A stretch of DNA of 63,260 bases, the filler included, from Octopus bimaculoides (Eukaryota), in the NCBI RefSeq assembly GCF_001194135.2. It is 5 parts of 4 records of this genome, joined end to end, with 100 filler letters (N's around TTAATTAATTAA, not from the genome) between each part and the next. Parts side by side here need not be neighbours in the genome. Positions count along the whole stretch, not along the records: positions 19,339 to 41,083 come from NC_068990.1; 4 more parts are not named here. One strand, 5' to 3'. This document shows, piece after piece, positions 21,216-34,230 of the stretch. Position 1 is the first letter of the stretch, and each line of letters opens with the position of its first letter. Below the pieces are notes generated by a model. The model was not told the DNA's origin and ran no database searches. It saw only the letters and a program-made list of their open reading frames with translations. Position numbers and translations under genes: made by a program.

Positions 21216-21266
<51 letters not shown>

Positions 21267-21441
21267 TTCTCTCTGTTTCTTGCTCAAACGTAACATAACT
21301 GAAACACGTGTTGATTGATAGATTCGGTTGACGAAACGAAAATCGATATTCTATCGAAGATGTGAGAGAGGAGAAAGAAACCATCTGAAGTAAAGACGTT
21401 AAAACGAAGGCGACAGAGAAAGGAGGTATTGCGATGAGGGT

Positions 21442-21464
21442 GATGATGTTTGACGGTGATGACT

Positions 21465-21529
<65 letters not shown>

Positions 21530-21778
21530 AACAACGACAACGACTATGATGATGACGATGACGACAATGTTGACTACGATGACGACGACGATGACGATGA
21601 TGATGATGATAACGACGATGTTGATTACAATGATGATGATGATGATGATGACTTGACTATGATGATCATCATAATGATGCCGACAGTAGAAATGATGATG
21701 AATATGATGATGGTGGTGATGATGACGATGATGATGATGAAGGCGACGAGGGTAGTAGGGGTTGAGGTGATGATGATA

Positions 21779-21818
<40 letters not shown>

Positions 21819-22057
21819 CGACAACAACGACGAAGGCGACAACGACGATGATAACGATGATGACGACGATGATGATGATGATGATGACGATGATGACCAT
21901 TGTAGAACAACCAAATCGATTTTTCAATTAATCTGTCCTAGATCGATGCCGATTGAAATTTGTGGCTTCATTCCACAAATTTTCACATTCTCATCATCAT
22001 CATCATCATTATCATAACTACCAATACCACCACCACCACCACCACCACCACCACAAC

Positions 22058-22127
<70 letters not shown>
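21442..22127. repeat. Compound (GAT/GAC)n tract 21442-21897 and complementary (CAT/CAC)n tract 21991-22127
   Basis: Directly visible. Confidence 0.95.
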
Positions 22128-22389
22128 GTCGACGAAGGTTTAGAATCAGAAAGTTACATCGCTTCAAGGTCGTTGTTGAAACCGCAGTGCGTTCGACCTT
22201 ATCTGGGACGGTTTGAAATAAAAAAGCAAAAAAATACGGCTCCCTCAAAATGTATGAGTCTCTTATGTGCATTTTATAAAAAAACTATTTTTTAAGAAGG
22301 CATTATGGATATTTCATTGTCACGTTTACCCACCTCCTCTCCGTTTGCATGTAAGCGTGCACCTGTGTATGTGTGAGTGTGTATATACC

Positions 22390-22562
22390 GACGCAGGAAT
22401 GGCTGTGTGGTAAGAAGCTTGCTTCCCAACCACATGGTTCCCTGTTCAGTCCCACTGCGTGGCACCTTGGACAAGTATCTTCTATTAAAGCCTCAGGCTA
22501 ACCAAAGCCTTGCGAGTGAATTTAGTAGACGGAAACTGAAAGAAGACCGTCGTATATATATA
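22390..22562 (+). mobile_element. Family C SINE, 5' half
   Basis: gacgcaggaatggctgtgtggtaagaagcttgcttcccaaccacatgg..gtagacggaaactgaaagaag. Confidence 0.85.
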
Positions 22563-23649
22563 CTTTAACCCTAACCCAATATGAAAGGTATGAGAGGTAT
22601 TTTATTCAGCCCGGTCGCAGTTCATTTATTTTCGTTCAGCGTCTGGCGGTCCTCTTAGAGGTGCCCTGTGTCAAAAAATATCATTCGTAGCAGACGTTCT
22701 ATAGACATCGTTCACACGCGTCTGACTCGGGCTCAGCCCGAGCTGTTATCTATAATCGTAAACATTAAAAGTAAACCAAATTCAATGTTTTATTCAAATA
22801 ATAAACTTCTATAGAGATTAGGATTTAAATTCCAATCTATGAAAAGTTTCTGTTCTACAATATTCTTAAAGGAAAGAAAAATTATCTAGCAACTCGGGCT
22901 AATACGAAAGAGCCTGGTAGCAGAAAACAGACTAACTGACATCTCTTGTCACATCGGTGATGTTTGTTGTGCACTCTGTTTTCATTATTTGATTGCTGTT
23001 ACACAGTAGTAACTCAGGCTTATACGAACGAGCCTGGTAAGGTGTAAAAGACTGATATCTCCTGTCAAGAGTACAGGCGACAGTCCACTGACGTCTGATG
23101 TACTCTCTGCTTTCATTATTTGATTGCTGTTATTCTGTGCGTCTATGTGTAAAGAACAGTTGTGTTTTGCATGGTTGCCTTATTTTTACCCTTAACTTTG
23201 AAATGGAGAAAGATACAGTGCCAGATATAAAAAAATAAGCATGTGTGCGTTACGTCACTTACCGTCTTTTATACATGTGTCAAAAACAAAAGACGAAGAC
23301 AGGTGTAGGAACAACAAGCAGGTGTATTAGTCTAACGCTCTGGACGAAGTCTTTTACATTTCGAGTCTACGCTCTTCGACAGAAAGGATTAAGAGGGGTA
23401 AAATGGAGAGAGAATGAAAACAAACGGAAAAAGAAAAATGAACAGAGTTCAACGGTCCGGCATGGCGTTGGTGCGATATATTATCTGTGCGGATACCGAA
23501 TTAGCTCTCAGTTAAGTTCCAGTTAACGGCTAACCACAACGATCAGTATCTGACATCTGTGACTACAATTAGTTGTTAGTCCCGCCGTGAATTATTACGA
23601 TGAGTAAATTCGTGTACTCTTCGCTTCACGGTCTTTATCGTTATTAATA

Positions 23650-23688
<39 letters not shown>

Positions 23689-24249
23689 NNNNNNNNNNNN
23701 NNNNNNNNNNNNNNNNNNNNNNNNNNNNNNNNNNNNNNNNNNNNNNNNNNNNNNNNNNNNNNNNNNNNNNNNNNNNNNNNNNNNNNNNNNNNNNNNNNNN
23801 NNNNNNNNNNNNNNNNNNNNNNNNNNNNNNNNNNNNNNNNNNNNNNNNNNNNNNNNNNNNNNNNNNNNNNNNNNNNNNNNNNNNNNNNNNNNNNNNNNNN
23901 NNNNNNNNNNNNNNNNNNNNNNNNNNNNNNNNNNNNNNNNNNNNNNNNNNNNNNNNNNNNNNNNNNNNNNNNNNNNNNNNNNNNNNNNNNNNNNNNNNNN
24001 NNNNNNNNNNNNNNNNNNNNTATATATATATGTATGCATGTATTTATGAGTGTATGTGTGTATGTATGTTTGTATGTATATAGGTATGCCTATAAATGCA
24101 TATGTACACATATCATAACGGTTCGGTTGTACTACATGGCATCTTAGACAAGTGCCTTCCTTTAGTTGCTTATGAAGTTGGAACACGGTAACTGTGCAGA
24201 ACACGCACACACGTTCACACACAGATACATATGTGTGCATATACATATT

Positions 24250-24303
<54 letters not shown>

Positions 24304-24574
24304 ACTACATGTGTGGTTTAAGTCTTTTTTTATTCTTGTTTCGAAGTTGAGTCCACTTTCGGGAAAATAAAGATCGTTAAATATAATTACCTGATTGCAA
24401 AAATAGGTAACGGGCTCCATATAATCAACAATGCTTCTACCGATTGACAGACTTTAGCAAGTAAACCCATTGGGACAATAGATACACAAACACACACACA
24501 CACACTACATATAGATGTAGGTATGTACATATACGTATGGATATATGCATATATCTATATATTTATATTATTAT

Positions 24575-24903
24575 TATTGTTCAGTAGTTTTATTTTTATA
24601 ACGTGCTTTCACTTCACTGCCGAGCGCAACTCTGTGCGCCTTGGGTATGTGCTGTGGTTTGCTGTGGTGCTCTTATGGTTACTGTATTGAAAGTGTTTTG
24701 CGTAGGATGTGTGCAGTGCCCAGTAGTGCAATTTTCTGTATGTTATATATATTTGTAAGTCCTGGTGTTTTTGTTATGTATTTCTCTGAAATTTTTTTAT
24801 TATACCTAAGGCACCTACTATGATAGGAATTGTTTCTGTTTTTAGATTCCACATTCGAGTTACCTCTATTTCCAGGTCTTTGTATTTTGAAAGTTTTTCC
24901 ATT
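24575..24903 (-). mobile_element. R4/Dong-type LINE 3' fragment (RLE C-terminus + 3'UTR)
   Basis: EKLSKYKDLEIEVTRMWNLKTETIPIIVGALG then IQKIALLGTAHILRKTL*; (TAA)n tracts at the 3' end and just beyond a short (GAA)n at the 5' end. Confidence 0.9.
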
Positions 24904-24975
24904 TCTTCTTCTTCTTCGTCTTCTTCTTCTTCTTCTTACTATTATCATTATTATTATTATTATTATAATTATTAT

Positions 24976-25011
<36 letters not shown>

Positions 25012-25412
25012 ATACACACACATATAGCACAAAACTCTGAAATTCCCATTCAATCTATTTCGTGAACTGCGGACATTTTCGTCGCACTAAATTCGATCTG
25101 CTCATTGACACCATTCCACACTAATTGCTTGAATGTATTTCTATTGTTATTAGTCGGGTCCTCATACACCTAAGGTGTTATTCTCTTGCATTTATTCCTT
25201 TTTATTTGTATTACATTTCCCTAGACACAGGCGTTCTTGTTCTGTAAATTGATTTTGTCCGCCATGATATTGGTCACTAAGTCGGTCATCGTTATGTATG
25301 TTTAGTGCATATCTAGTTTATTTTCTTTCATTCGCTTGAAGGGGCTTTTTTGTGGCACTGTGCCGATTAATATCGTTGTTTCCATCTGTTCCCATTTAGT
25401 TTTCGCTTCATT

Positions 25413-25473
<61 letters not shown>

Positions 25474-27025
25474 ATTTTTTTTTATTTGTCTGTCTATCTG
25501 TTTCTCTCCCCCCTCTCCCTCTCTTTCTATATATATACATATATATTNNNNNNNNNNTGTGTGTGTGTGTGTGTGTGTGTGTGTGTCAATACAATGAATG
25601 GCAAGATGTCAACGAATAAAAAAATATAAACACCAACCACTGGCTTATATTATCGGTTTATCATCCCTAATACAAATACTAGTTACCGATTATAATGTAG
25701 TCACTGCTCTGGCTGAGAAATAAACTAAGGTCGTAGAATTTCGTCCACTATAACCTTAGTATCGCAGTTTGTTTCCGTATTAGAAAAGCTAAAATGTAAG
25801 CAAAATAGCAAAATGCGATTCACATTGAGCACCACGAGTCTTAGTGATGTTACAAGAATAATTCGATATATACACGTGCCTGACTTACCATTATTACCTT
25901 TCTTGGCTGTTAATAAATATAACGTCTATGACGTACACGCATACACACTCACGAGCAGGTATGCGAGTGCTCTCTCACATACATACAAACACTGACGTGC
26001 ACACAGACACATGACGACATATATTTACATATAACTGTATGGAAGCGGGTTTATATATACACGTGTACATACGTGTGTGTATTTGTGGGGGGGGGCATGT
26101 GTGTGTGTGAGTGCATATGTATGTACATATATATATGATTATATATATGATTATATATATNNNNNNNNNNNNNNNNNNNNNNNNNNNNNNNNNNNNNNNN
26201 NNNNNNNNNNNNNNNNNNNNNNNNNNNNNNNNNNNNNNNNNNNNNNNNNNNNNNNNNNNNNNNNNNNNNNNNNNNNNNNNNNNNNNNNNNNNNNNNNNNN
26301 NNNNNNNNNNNNNNNNNNNNNNNNNNNNNNNNNNNNNNNNNNNNNNNNNNNNNNNNNNNNNNNNNNNNNNNNNNNNNNNNNNNNNNNNNNNNNNNNNNNN
26401 NNNNNNNNNNNNNNNNNNNNNNNNNNNNNNNNNNNNNNNNNNNNNNNNNNNNNNNNNNNNNNNNNNNNNNNNNNNNNNNNNNNNNNNNNNNNNNNNNNNN
26501 NNNNNNNNNNNNNNNNNNNNNNNNNNNNNNNNNNNNNNNNNNNNNNNNNNNNNNNNNNNNNNNNNNNNNNNNNNNNNNNNNNNNNNNNNNNNNNNNNNNN
26601 NNNNNNNNNNNNNNNNNNNNNNNNNNNNNNNNNNNNNNNNNNNNNNNNNNNNNNNNNNNNNNNNNNNNNNNNNNNNNNNNNNNNNNNNNNNNNNNNNNNN
26701 NNNNNNNNNNNNNNNNNNNNNNNNNNNNNNNNNNNNNNNNNNNNNNNNNNNNNNNNNNNNNNNNNNNNNNNNNNNNNNNNNNNNNNNNNNNNNNNNNNNN
26801 NNNNNNNNNNNNNNNNNNNNNNNNNNNNNNNNNNNNNNNNNNNNNNNNNNNNNNNNNNNNNNNNNNNNNNNNNNNNNNNNNNNNNNNNNNNNNNNNNNNN
26901 NNNNNNNNNNNNNNNNNNNNNNNNNNNNNNNNNNNNNNNNNNNNNNNNNNNNNNNNNNNNNNNNNNNNNNNNNNNNNNNNNNNNNNNNNNNNNNNNNNNN
27001 NNNNNNNNNNNNNNNNNNNNCATTC

Positions 27026-27536
27026 GAGATAACAAAGCCAAGGCTATGAGAAGTTTCCAGGACATTTATAAGGAAAAAGATATAGATATAGGCTTACAGC
27101 TGTTTCCGGAATATTATGAATATCCCTTCATCAGAGACGATGCGAGATGGTTAAATAGAAGTAAATGTTTGCGTTCGAAATAAGGAATTATTATGGAAAA
27201 GGAGGAGATAGGGCATATAACGGGAAATAAGAAGAAACCATAGGAGCTTTTTTACCACTTCTATACACCGCTTTACTCGAATGATGGAACTTAAACTATA
27301 ATATATCTTTATATATTTTATATTTTATTTCTATTTTCATTCTCTAATTTCCTTCTGTATTCCCTATCTCATCCTTTTCGATAATAATTTCATACTCAAA
27401 TATTTACTTCTATTTAACCATCTCACATCGTCTGGGATGAAGGGATATCTATAATATCCCAGAAATAGCTGTAAGATTATATCTTTTTCTTTATAAATGT
27501 CCTGAAAACTCCTCGCATTCTTGGTTTTGTTATCTC
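27026..27536. repeat. ~200-bp inverted repeat (arms ~27026-27230 / ~27345-27536), each arm with a hammerhead-like motif
   Basis: Arms reverse-complementary with mismatches (ttacttctatttaaccatctc, tataaatgtcctg, ttgttatctc). Confidence 0.85.
27087..27142 (-). ncRNA. Minimal type I hammerhead ribozyme motif with intact core
   Basis: Minus: tcgtct CTGATGA a GGGATATT-cat-AATATTCC g GAAA CAGCTG TA agcc; palindromic stem III; stem I only 2 bp in this copy. Confidence 0.6.
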
Positions 27537-27548
27537 CTTTTATCTAAT

Positions 27549-27621
<73 letters not shown>

Positions 27622-27773
27622 NNNNNNNNNNNNNNNNNNNNNNNNNNNNNNNNNNNNNNNNNNNNNNNNNNNNNNNNNNNNNNNNNNNNNNNNNNNNNNN
27701 NNNNNNNNNNNNNNNNNNNNNNNNNNNNNNNNNNNNNNNNNNNNNNNNNNNNNNNNNNNNNNNNNNNNNNNNN

Positions 27774-27881
27774 GAAGAAGAAGAAGAAGAAGAAGAAGAA
27801 GAAGAAGAAGAAGAAGAAGAAGAAGAAGAAGAAGAAGAAGAAGAAGAAGAAGAAGAAGAAGAAGAAGAAGAAGAAGAAGAA
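27774..27881. repeat. (GAA)n microsatellite
   Basis: Directly visible. Confidence 0.95.
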
Positions 27882-27887
27882 AAAGAA

Positions 27888-28140
27888 GCGCTAATGTATG
27901 GAGACATAGACACACCAACACCGTTTGTCAAGCGATGGTGGAGGACAAACACAGACACAGGGAGACACACACACACACACACACATACCCACGACTGATT
28001 TCTTTCAGTTTTCATCTACCAAATCTACTCCGGGTCAGCCCGAGGCTATAGTTGAAGACATTTGCTCAAGGTGCCACACAGTGGGACTGAACCTGGAATC
28101 ATGTGATTGGGAAGCAAGATTTTTATCACACAGCCACAGA
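27888..28140 (-). mobile_element. Family C SINE
   Basis: Plus strand gtcaagcgatggtgg..tttctttcagttttcatctacc..caaggtgccacacagtgggactgaacc..acacagccac. Confidence 0.8.
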
Positions 28141-30182
28141 GTCTGACTAACTCCGGGTACGGAAAAATCAGTAATTTAGAATGGATTAAGTTTCCGGGAA
28201 GTTGATGTCACTGTATTATAAATGTAAGTTTTCCTTTGGTTCGTGATTCTAAAATGACTACCCTTGTGTATATAACTTAAAGAGATGCGTGCTCTGTGCA
28301 ATTAAGGTCTCAAAGCAATATTCATTGGTGAGATTGACAAAATTTTTAAACCAATGATTCACCTTCTTACTCCCACCACTACCGCAACTCCTGGTAACTT
28401 AAGTTTACATGTATCACTTCATATAACTGTCAGAAATCTCCTGAGAATATCACCGTGATGGATTGCCATTGCATTCAAGAAGATTTATGAAGTTGTCATA
28501 ATGAACTACTGAATAATCGCTTTTATATTCCCATATATCTACATCGGTACGTTCGTGCAGTTACACGTCTCAAACACACAGGCTTACATAAACCTACATA
28601 AACATACTGCACATATCAGAAAAATATATACATCGACACTATAGCTCCATATATCATCTCAACAAAAGCTAGCAGTTCACTGATAGAATGCAGTACATTT
28701 TGTGTAAAGTTTTTCGCCGCAGTGCTATTGACGTGGTCATCTCTATTGGTCCGTGTCCGTTAGATTTTTTCTTCATACATTGTAAATTATGAGGCAGCGA
28801 TGCGTATCTGCTGTACGAGAAACCTTTTTGTTCCTTTCCTGTATTTGAATATATTTTGGAATTCAAAGTTATATCTTTGACTGTGTGTCGTTAATTGCAG
28901 TGTTGGAGCATGCTGTAATGAATTGGTCAAACGCATCGATAAATAATTATTTTTGAAATAAACTTAAGACAAGCTACGTTGGGAAATGCTGATCCTTGAC
29001 AACCATTAGTCACAGTGAGAAATAAAATGAACTACACAAATATACATTTTTCTTAACACACATTTTTTTCTTTCTCGAGTCCTAGCAATCCTAAGGCCGA
29101 TTATTCGCTTCCCATGGCGTATAAGCAACTTAGAGCGCAACATCCTCCTGAATGGGACGCCATTCTGTTTCAGGCATCAAGGCCAGTAATTTCGAAGGGG
29201 GGTTGCACCAACCGTAATACTTGAAAAGTACTTATTTTATCGATCTTGATTTCATGAACGGCAAAGTTGACATCGATGGTAATTGCACCCTAATGTATAG
29301 AGCTGGAAGAAATGCTGCTAAGTATTTGGTTCCATGTGTTAACAACCCTACCTGCTCGCTGCTTGCAACACTAATATGTACTGCAAATCAAGAAATAAAT
29401 TCCATAAAATACGGAACTGGTTACGAGTTTCGATTTACAATTCCTGCAAGCTGGCGCTACAAATAGCCTTGGGAAAGACATATATATATATATATATATA
29501 TATGATAGTCCCTTCTGTCCTTTCTAATAACATATGTAACATTAGCCTCAAACAGGAAGATGTCAAGCATAGTGCATTTCTATGCAGTGATTTGTTCCAC
29601 AATATGAATCCCTATATTAGAATTAACATTTTTAGCCATGGTTACAACACAAATAACGAACTCATGATGTCTTAGTTGGTCGTTCAGTACTATATCAACC
29701 CTCGTCATCTTAACTGTTTATTGGTGATTATAATTGCGTGTGCAAGAGGATGTTTCAGGTCACTTCACAGCATCAGTATAAATTCATTCAATATATGAAC
29801 ACTTTTCGACTGGCTGTGCAGGAAATGTGCGTGTTTTTACGTTTCTGCATGTGCGTATGTATGTACCTTCGTGTATGAGTGTGTCTGCTTGTTTGCTTCT
29901 ACATGTAATTGCGTGGCGTTCTGTGAGTGCCTACGTGTGTTTGTGTACCTGTTTGTATGCTTGTGGAGGGGTGTATGAAAAAAAAAAATAAAAAGAAAGA
30001 AAAAAGAATCGAAAGATTACTTGATGTGCTGTCAGCTATATCAGACTTGAATTGAAATAGTAACCATCTCGTTGATATTCTCGTGTTTAAGTTGCTGCCA
30101 CTACACATTCGATTTTCTTTTTTCTCTTTTTATTTGCTCAGAAATTTCTCCATGACAATAACAAATATAGTCACACCGTTCA

Positions 30183-30390
30183 GGGCGGTGATCTGGCTGA
30201 AACATTAGCACGCCGGGGAAAATAATTATCGGTATTTCATCTGTCTATACGTTCTTAGTTCAAATTCTGCCGCGGTAGACTTTACCTTTTATTCTTTCAG
30301 AGTCGATAGATTAAGTACCAGTTTCTTACTGAGGTCGTTCTAATCGACTGATCCCCTCCCCAAAATGTTCGGTCCTTTTACCTTGAGTAG
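30183..30390 (+). mobile_element. Family B SINE
   Basis: ggcggtgatctggctgaaacattagcacgccgg..gttcaaattctgccgcggtagac..gagtcgatagattaagtaccag. Confidence 0.75.
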
Positions 30391-30674
30391 AAAAGAAATA
30401 TATTCACAGAGCACTATACGAATTTCATCTTTAATCTTAAAGTTTTAGTTTATTTATTTATTTATTATTACTATTTTTTTTTGTGTGTGTGGGAGAATAA
30501 ATATAATTCCAAGCATGGCTTTGTGAAAACGAAGTCCACTTCGCAATTATATGGTTTCGGGTTCAGTCCCACTTCCTAGCCCTCTGGGTAATTGTCTTTT
30601 ACCCTAACTCCAGACCGACTAGTACCTTTTGAGTGTATTAAGTACACGGAAATGGTGTGCGGAAGTCCGTGGGG

Positions 30675-30709
<35 letters not shown>

Positions 30710-31361
30710 CGTGCGTCTGTGTGCTTATATACGTATGTGCGAGTGATGGAGCGTGCATGTCTTTCTTTTGTTTTTCTCCCACACTTGAAATCCAGTGGTG
30801 GTTTGTTTACGGTCCCGCAAATTTGCGGTTCGGTAAAATATTCCGATAGAATACGTACCAGTCAGTTTAATTTGCATAACAATACATGCGTTAATTGTAT
30901 TTCTTACCAAAAACTTAATTAGAACTTACATTCCTTACCAAACATTTATCGCATTCTAATTTTAATTTCTTAATCAATGATTATTGTTAATTTTATCAAT
31001 AAAATTGCATATTTCTACACGAGATTTACACACGATTAATAAATAGATAAATTAATTAATTCTAAGTGCATAAAATGCTTGCATAAACATTCGAGTTTCG
31101 AGGAGCAATATGATGTGAAGAATATGATTGCTTTCTCACATGTTCATGCAAAAGAAATTGGATCTCTGGATAGAAAATAGAAGGATCTACAAGTTTTTAA
31201 AAAGAATCGAAGCTCTCATATCGATCCTGCTTTTTTCTGTTCTCGGAAAGACAGAACCTATGGTGCATCCGCTTTGCTTACTTTGCATTGAGATAGATCG
31301 TGTTTTTCAATTCTCATGTTCTTTAATTTGGTCGGTTCTGTTGTTCTATAGAAATTATTAA

Positions 31362-31498
31362 CCCTTTGGGCCCAGACCTACTGAATCTTAATTTACCATA
31401 TACCTGGCACTCCACCGGTGTAAACGGATAGGGCGGTGCTACGTCATAGAGAAAAATAAGCCATCCACCGGTAAACTGGTGTTACGGGGCTCAAAGGG
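31362..31498. mobile_element. 137-bp piggyBac-type MITE
   Basis: TTAA at 31358-31361 and 31499-31502; TIRs CCCTTTGGGCCC / GGGCTCAAAGGG (11/12 complementary). Confidence 0.85.
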
Positions 31499-31741
31499 TT
31501 AAATTGCTATCGTTGGTGCAGTGTGTCTAAATGTTTATAAGATTCGCTTCGCAATCACGAGATCTTGTGTTCGATTTCACAGCATGACATTTTGGGCTAA
31601 TGCAATTTCCCATAGCCTTCGATTGCACTTGTAATTCAAAACGTACAACCTTGTCACCCTTGCGTCCCACAGATTATGCCTGAGAATTATACTAACCCCC
31701 CCCCACACACACACACACACATACAGACTCCTTCTGTCATG

Positions 31742-32048
31742 AATGACCATGAGATTGCACCAAGAAAGTTCCCCTCCTAAGCACAAGTCCGGTCAAGATT
31801 GTTTATGGAAGACGAACAGTCGCCCATGCATACCATCCTCCATACCATGGATGTTATCCAAGGGAAAGACAAAGGCCTTCTCAGCTTGGCACCAGTGACA
31901 TCGCTACTGATTTCTACAGCTGAGTGAACGGAAGCAACGAGAAATAAAGTGTCTTGCTCGAGAACACAATCCGGTCCGGGAATCGAACTCACTCACTACC
32001 TCATGATTGTGATATGAGCCCGACGCTCTTACCACCGAGCCATGCGCC

Positions 32049-32053
<5 letters not shown>
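31742..32053 (-). mobile_element. Family D SINE
   Basis: Plus strand gttatccaagggaaag..cagcttggcaccagtgac..aaataaagtgtcttgctc..gggaatcgaac..accaccgagccatgcgccttca. Confidence 0.85.
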
Positions 32054-32139
<86 letters not shown>

Positions 32140-32201
32140 CACGCACGCACGCACACACACACACATATATATATCAATGTGTGTGTATATTGTATTTATA
32201 T

Positions 32202-32400
32202 CTGTCTTTGTCCTGCACAGCTTGACAACCGATGTTGGTTACTTTACGTTCATGTAACCTAGCGATTCAGTTAGAGACCTATAGGATAAGTACCAGGCTT
32301 TGAAAAATGTCACTGAGGTCGATCTGTGACTAAAACCTTCAAGGCGGTGCCCCAGCATGGCGGCAGTCCAATGACTGAAACAAGTTAAAAGATAAAAGAC
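32202..32400 (+). mobile_element. Family C SINE, 3' half after (CA)n
   Basis: gcttgacaaccgatgttgg..gataagtaccaggc..aaggcggtgccccagcatggcggcagtccaatgactgaaacaag. Confidence 0.8.
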
Positions 32401-34008
32401 AAAAACACATTTCAATGTCATAAAACAGGAAACCTTATCAAACATCAAATAAAACACTAACCATCCAAACAAACACGAACGAAACGAAAAACAGTCATGC
32501 TGGTTATAAAATGAAAGTTCTTCCTAGAAAATTTTGTCTGGAGAAAGAAAAAAACTAAATCAAATTATTATGAAGTCACGAAGCTAAAACATGGTTAGCG
32601 ACCAACAGTTTAGTTGAAAGACATAACGGGAAAGTAAGACATAACGGGAAAGTATGCTTCTGTATCGATCAATTGACTGTAGCACATTGTTATAACATTT
32701 ATTATTCTAGACTCTCACAAAAAATTTATCACAGAATACTATTGGAATTATGTTTGACATTGTGTAACATTTGGCAATGCATAATTAACATGAGTTCACT
32801 TTGTTAAAAAACGTTTTCTTTCGTTCGATATTAATAAGATGTCGTATCCCTTGTGACACATATTCCATTATTTTCGAGAAACTTCTGAATTCCCGTCTCG
32901 TTGCTGCTTTCGATTGTATTTTATTTTACAAGTTTTATTAGCTTTTGCTAATATAAAACATCTCAGATTGCTTGTACTTTAATTTTTTAACGAAATACTT
33001 TTCTAGTAAGATGTATTCAGACAAGACGCATACGTGAACATAGTTAATGTTTAACAAACCATATTATTTTTAATAGAAAAAAAAAGAAAGCAAACGTTGT
33101 CGGGTACTCAGAAATCAATTCCACCCCAGGTATATATGTGTTTGTGCAATCGCACATGCGCAGTCAGTTTTCTGTAATACTTTTTAGAATATGACATAAA
33201 AAAGTGCTATTAAATTACATTGAATTATTCAAAGAACCTCGTTTGATGCCGAATGCATTGGTGGCATTAAAGTTTTTGCTTCCATAAAAATATTGCAAAA
33301 CTATAAATTTACCAATTTTCTTTTCATTTTTGTTTCTCATTCCCCCATCTACCAAAATGCCTCCCACATTAAGCTTAAGACAAAAGTGTAAACAAAAAAC
33401 AAACAAAAACGTAGAAAATAAAGCAATCTGATGGAAAAATTTGAGCGAAACCAAGTAAAACTTAACGTCTTTAATTTTACAAATTCACATGCGATCTTAC
33501 CTAAGCAACATTAATTAAAATGTTATGGTGCATTAATTAGCTATTTAGTAATAACGCTTTAATTAACGGATCATCAAGCATAAAACAGAATTTACTGTTT
33601 TAAATTAAATGAGACATTTTATTTTGCATCTTAATGAGAGCGGGTGAACTTTAGAAGCTTCAAGAATGTGAGATGGTGTCGGTCATGTAGCAACACTTTC
33701 GTGGTTTCCATTATCGTTATCCGTAAAAACACACAAGTGGCTAAGAAATACTTGTCATATCGTTAAGTGGCAGAAAATAGTGATGCAATTTGCAAAGCAC
33801 TACTCAAAGCGGATATGTACATAACATGTACATAATATGTACATAACATAGACAAAATTTGAAAATGGACAATCTATTTAATGTGAATATCAAAGTACTA
33901 TCTCATTGTAAACAAATTAACAAAAGTGAAAAGTAACAGGATTTTCCTCTGGAATACTAGTAATGGAGTTTTGCATAGTCATGGTGTTTGCAAAGCTCAC
34001 AGTTTCTT

Positions 34009-34230
34009 TTAACCCTTTAGTGTTCAGATTATTCTGGCAAAAATGATGCTTGTTTATTTATTTTGTGCTGAATTAATCATCCATCATCTTGTAGTTTAGA
34101 GATTTCAATTATGTGATTGTTTAGTTTTAAAATGGCATCGTAGGGTAGGTGTGAGAGGCCTGATCTGCTCAGTTTCAATATAAAACTGGGGGAATATTTT
34201 GGCTGGATTAGAATACTTAAGTATCCATGA
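34009..34230 (+). mobile_element. piggyBac-type MITE remnant, left end only
   Basis: TTAA-CCCTTTAG left terminus at 34009-34020; no matching right TIR seen. Confidence 0.5.

Noticed and set aside
21284-22295. Poly-D/M/H/I/S ORFs over the GAT/CAT tracts
   Set aside because: All frames are open only because of trinucleotide repeats; no domain or splice context.
32618-32653. Exact 18-bp tandem duplication AAGACATAACGGGAAAGT (and a 26-bp imperfect one near 59671-59720)
   Set aside because: Ordinary slippage duplications with only two units; not CRISPR-like (no spacers, no cas genes, eukaryotic context).
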